From assembly GCF_006345805.1 (NCBI RefSeq), contig NC_043006.1, positions 12,648,001 to 12,712,000 of the forward strand: a stretch of 64,000 bases of DNA, given 5' to 3'. Made by a program: the position numbers and the translations under genes. Within the stretch, counting starts at the first letter, position 1; each line of letters starts with the position of its first letter. Shown here piece by piece: positions 62,647 through 64,000 of this stretch. The notes under the pieces were generated by a model. It did no database searches, was not told the origin of the DNA, and worked only from the letters and a program-made list of their open reading frames with translations. Source of the stretch: Octopus sinensis. Taxonomy: Eukaryota.

Positions 62647-63504
62647 GTTCACACATTTCCCTTTACCCTTCTTGCCGTATTTCATTACGGTTTGTGCCTC
62701 TCCACTACACTTCTCTAATTTTCTTTTCCCTACTACGTATCACTTCTTATAAGCTGCTCAGTTTTGCTCCTTTTTTCTGCAACAATCTCTTTTCCATTCT
62801 TTATTGTTTTCACATTTCAGCCATTTAGAATTAAGTATCTTTAAATTGTGCTTTGTACCGTATATGGCTTTTATATCTATTTATTTATTTTTTTATAACA
62901 ATATTACGTTGAATCTACTTATAATGTACATGCACGCAGAGCAAAGGTGTACCATAGTTTCGTCTTGCAATACTCAGGTATTAGGCTCAAAATCCTTTCA
63001 CCAAAAGTTTTGATATTGTGCCTAAAGCAGGAACTATTATATTAAAATAAATCAAGGCAATGTATATTTTATCGCTTCATTTAGTGGCCTTTACATAATG
63101 TTTGATTGAACATGCTGGAAATAATATACATACATACAGACATGCATAAATACATATACATATATATATATATATGTACATATCTATCTATCTATATCCA
63201 TACGTAAGTGCATTCATACATGCATATACAATAACACTCATGAAATGCTATAAAAAATTCGTCATGTATATATATATAACTAGCAACTTTTCTTATATAT
63301 ATATATATGACAGCCAAAGTGGTTGAAAGACACTGCACGAAACTGCACAGAAAATTATGGCCGGTTGAATTAGCAACTGTGCATAATATTTACATTGGAA
63401 ACATGTGTAGGTCATCGTAACCATTAAAATATACTGTATGACATTTTAAAATAAAGGGAAATAATTTTTAGGATGGACCAGTCTCTGCGATTGCAATTAT
63501 CGCA

Positions 63505-63857
<353 letters not shown>

Positions 63858-64000
63858 CAGAGAGAGAGAGAGAGAAAGATAGTTGTATAAATGATATTAA
63901 TGGAGACATATGAAGCAAGTTTTGATTTTAAAATTAAATGAAAGAGAAAACTAGAGTATGTGACGTAGAATGTAACACGAATAAGATATGACGTCACAAA

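Overview
AT-rich, repeat-dominated eukaryotic DNA, most likely a coleoid cephalopod (Octopus sp.). That assignment is inferred from the SINE repertoire and the long (TA)n/(AAT)n/(TATG)n tracts and was not checked by a search. I can support no intact protein-coding gene; most ORFs in the track are simple-repeat or SINE translations. The window holds about 35 tRNA-derived SINE copies, which I label families A, B, C, D and F. It also holds a decayed Penelope-like retroelement (16.4-19.5 kb), R4/Dong-like, CR1-like and RTE-like LINE fragments, non-autonomous Helitrons, a Helentron-like element, a mariner fragment and a Tigger-like MITE. Main leads: (1) several unrelated minimal hammerhead-ribozyme folds in short microsatellite-embedded cassettes, one apparently the 3' tail of a tRNA-headed SINE (12163-12652); (2) SINE B forms head-(body-tail)n arrays consistent with insertion into its own internal GGTATTT site, and shares its 40-nt tail with a LINE-like 3' end; (3) a head-to-tail composite Helitron plus same-end Helitrons with different internal cargo.
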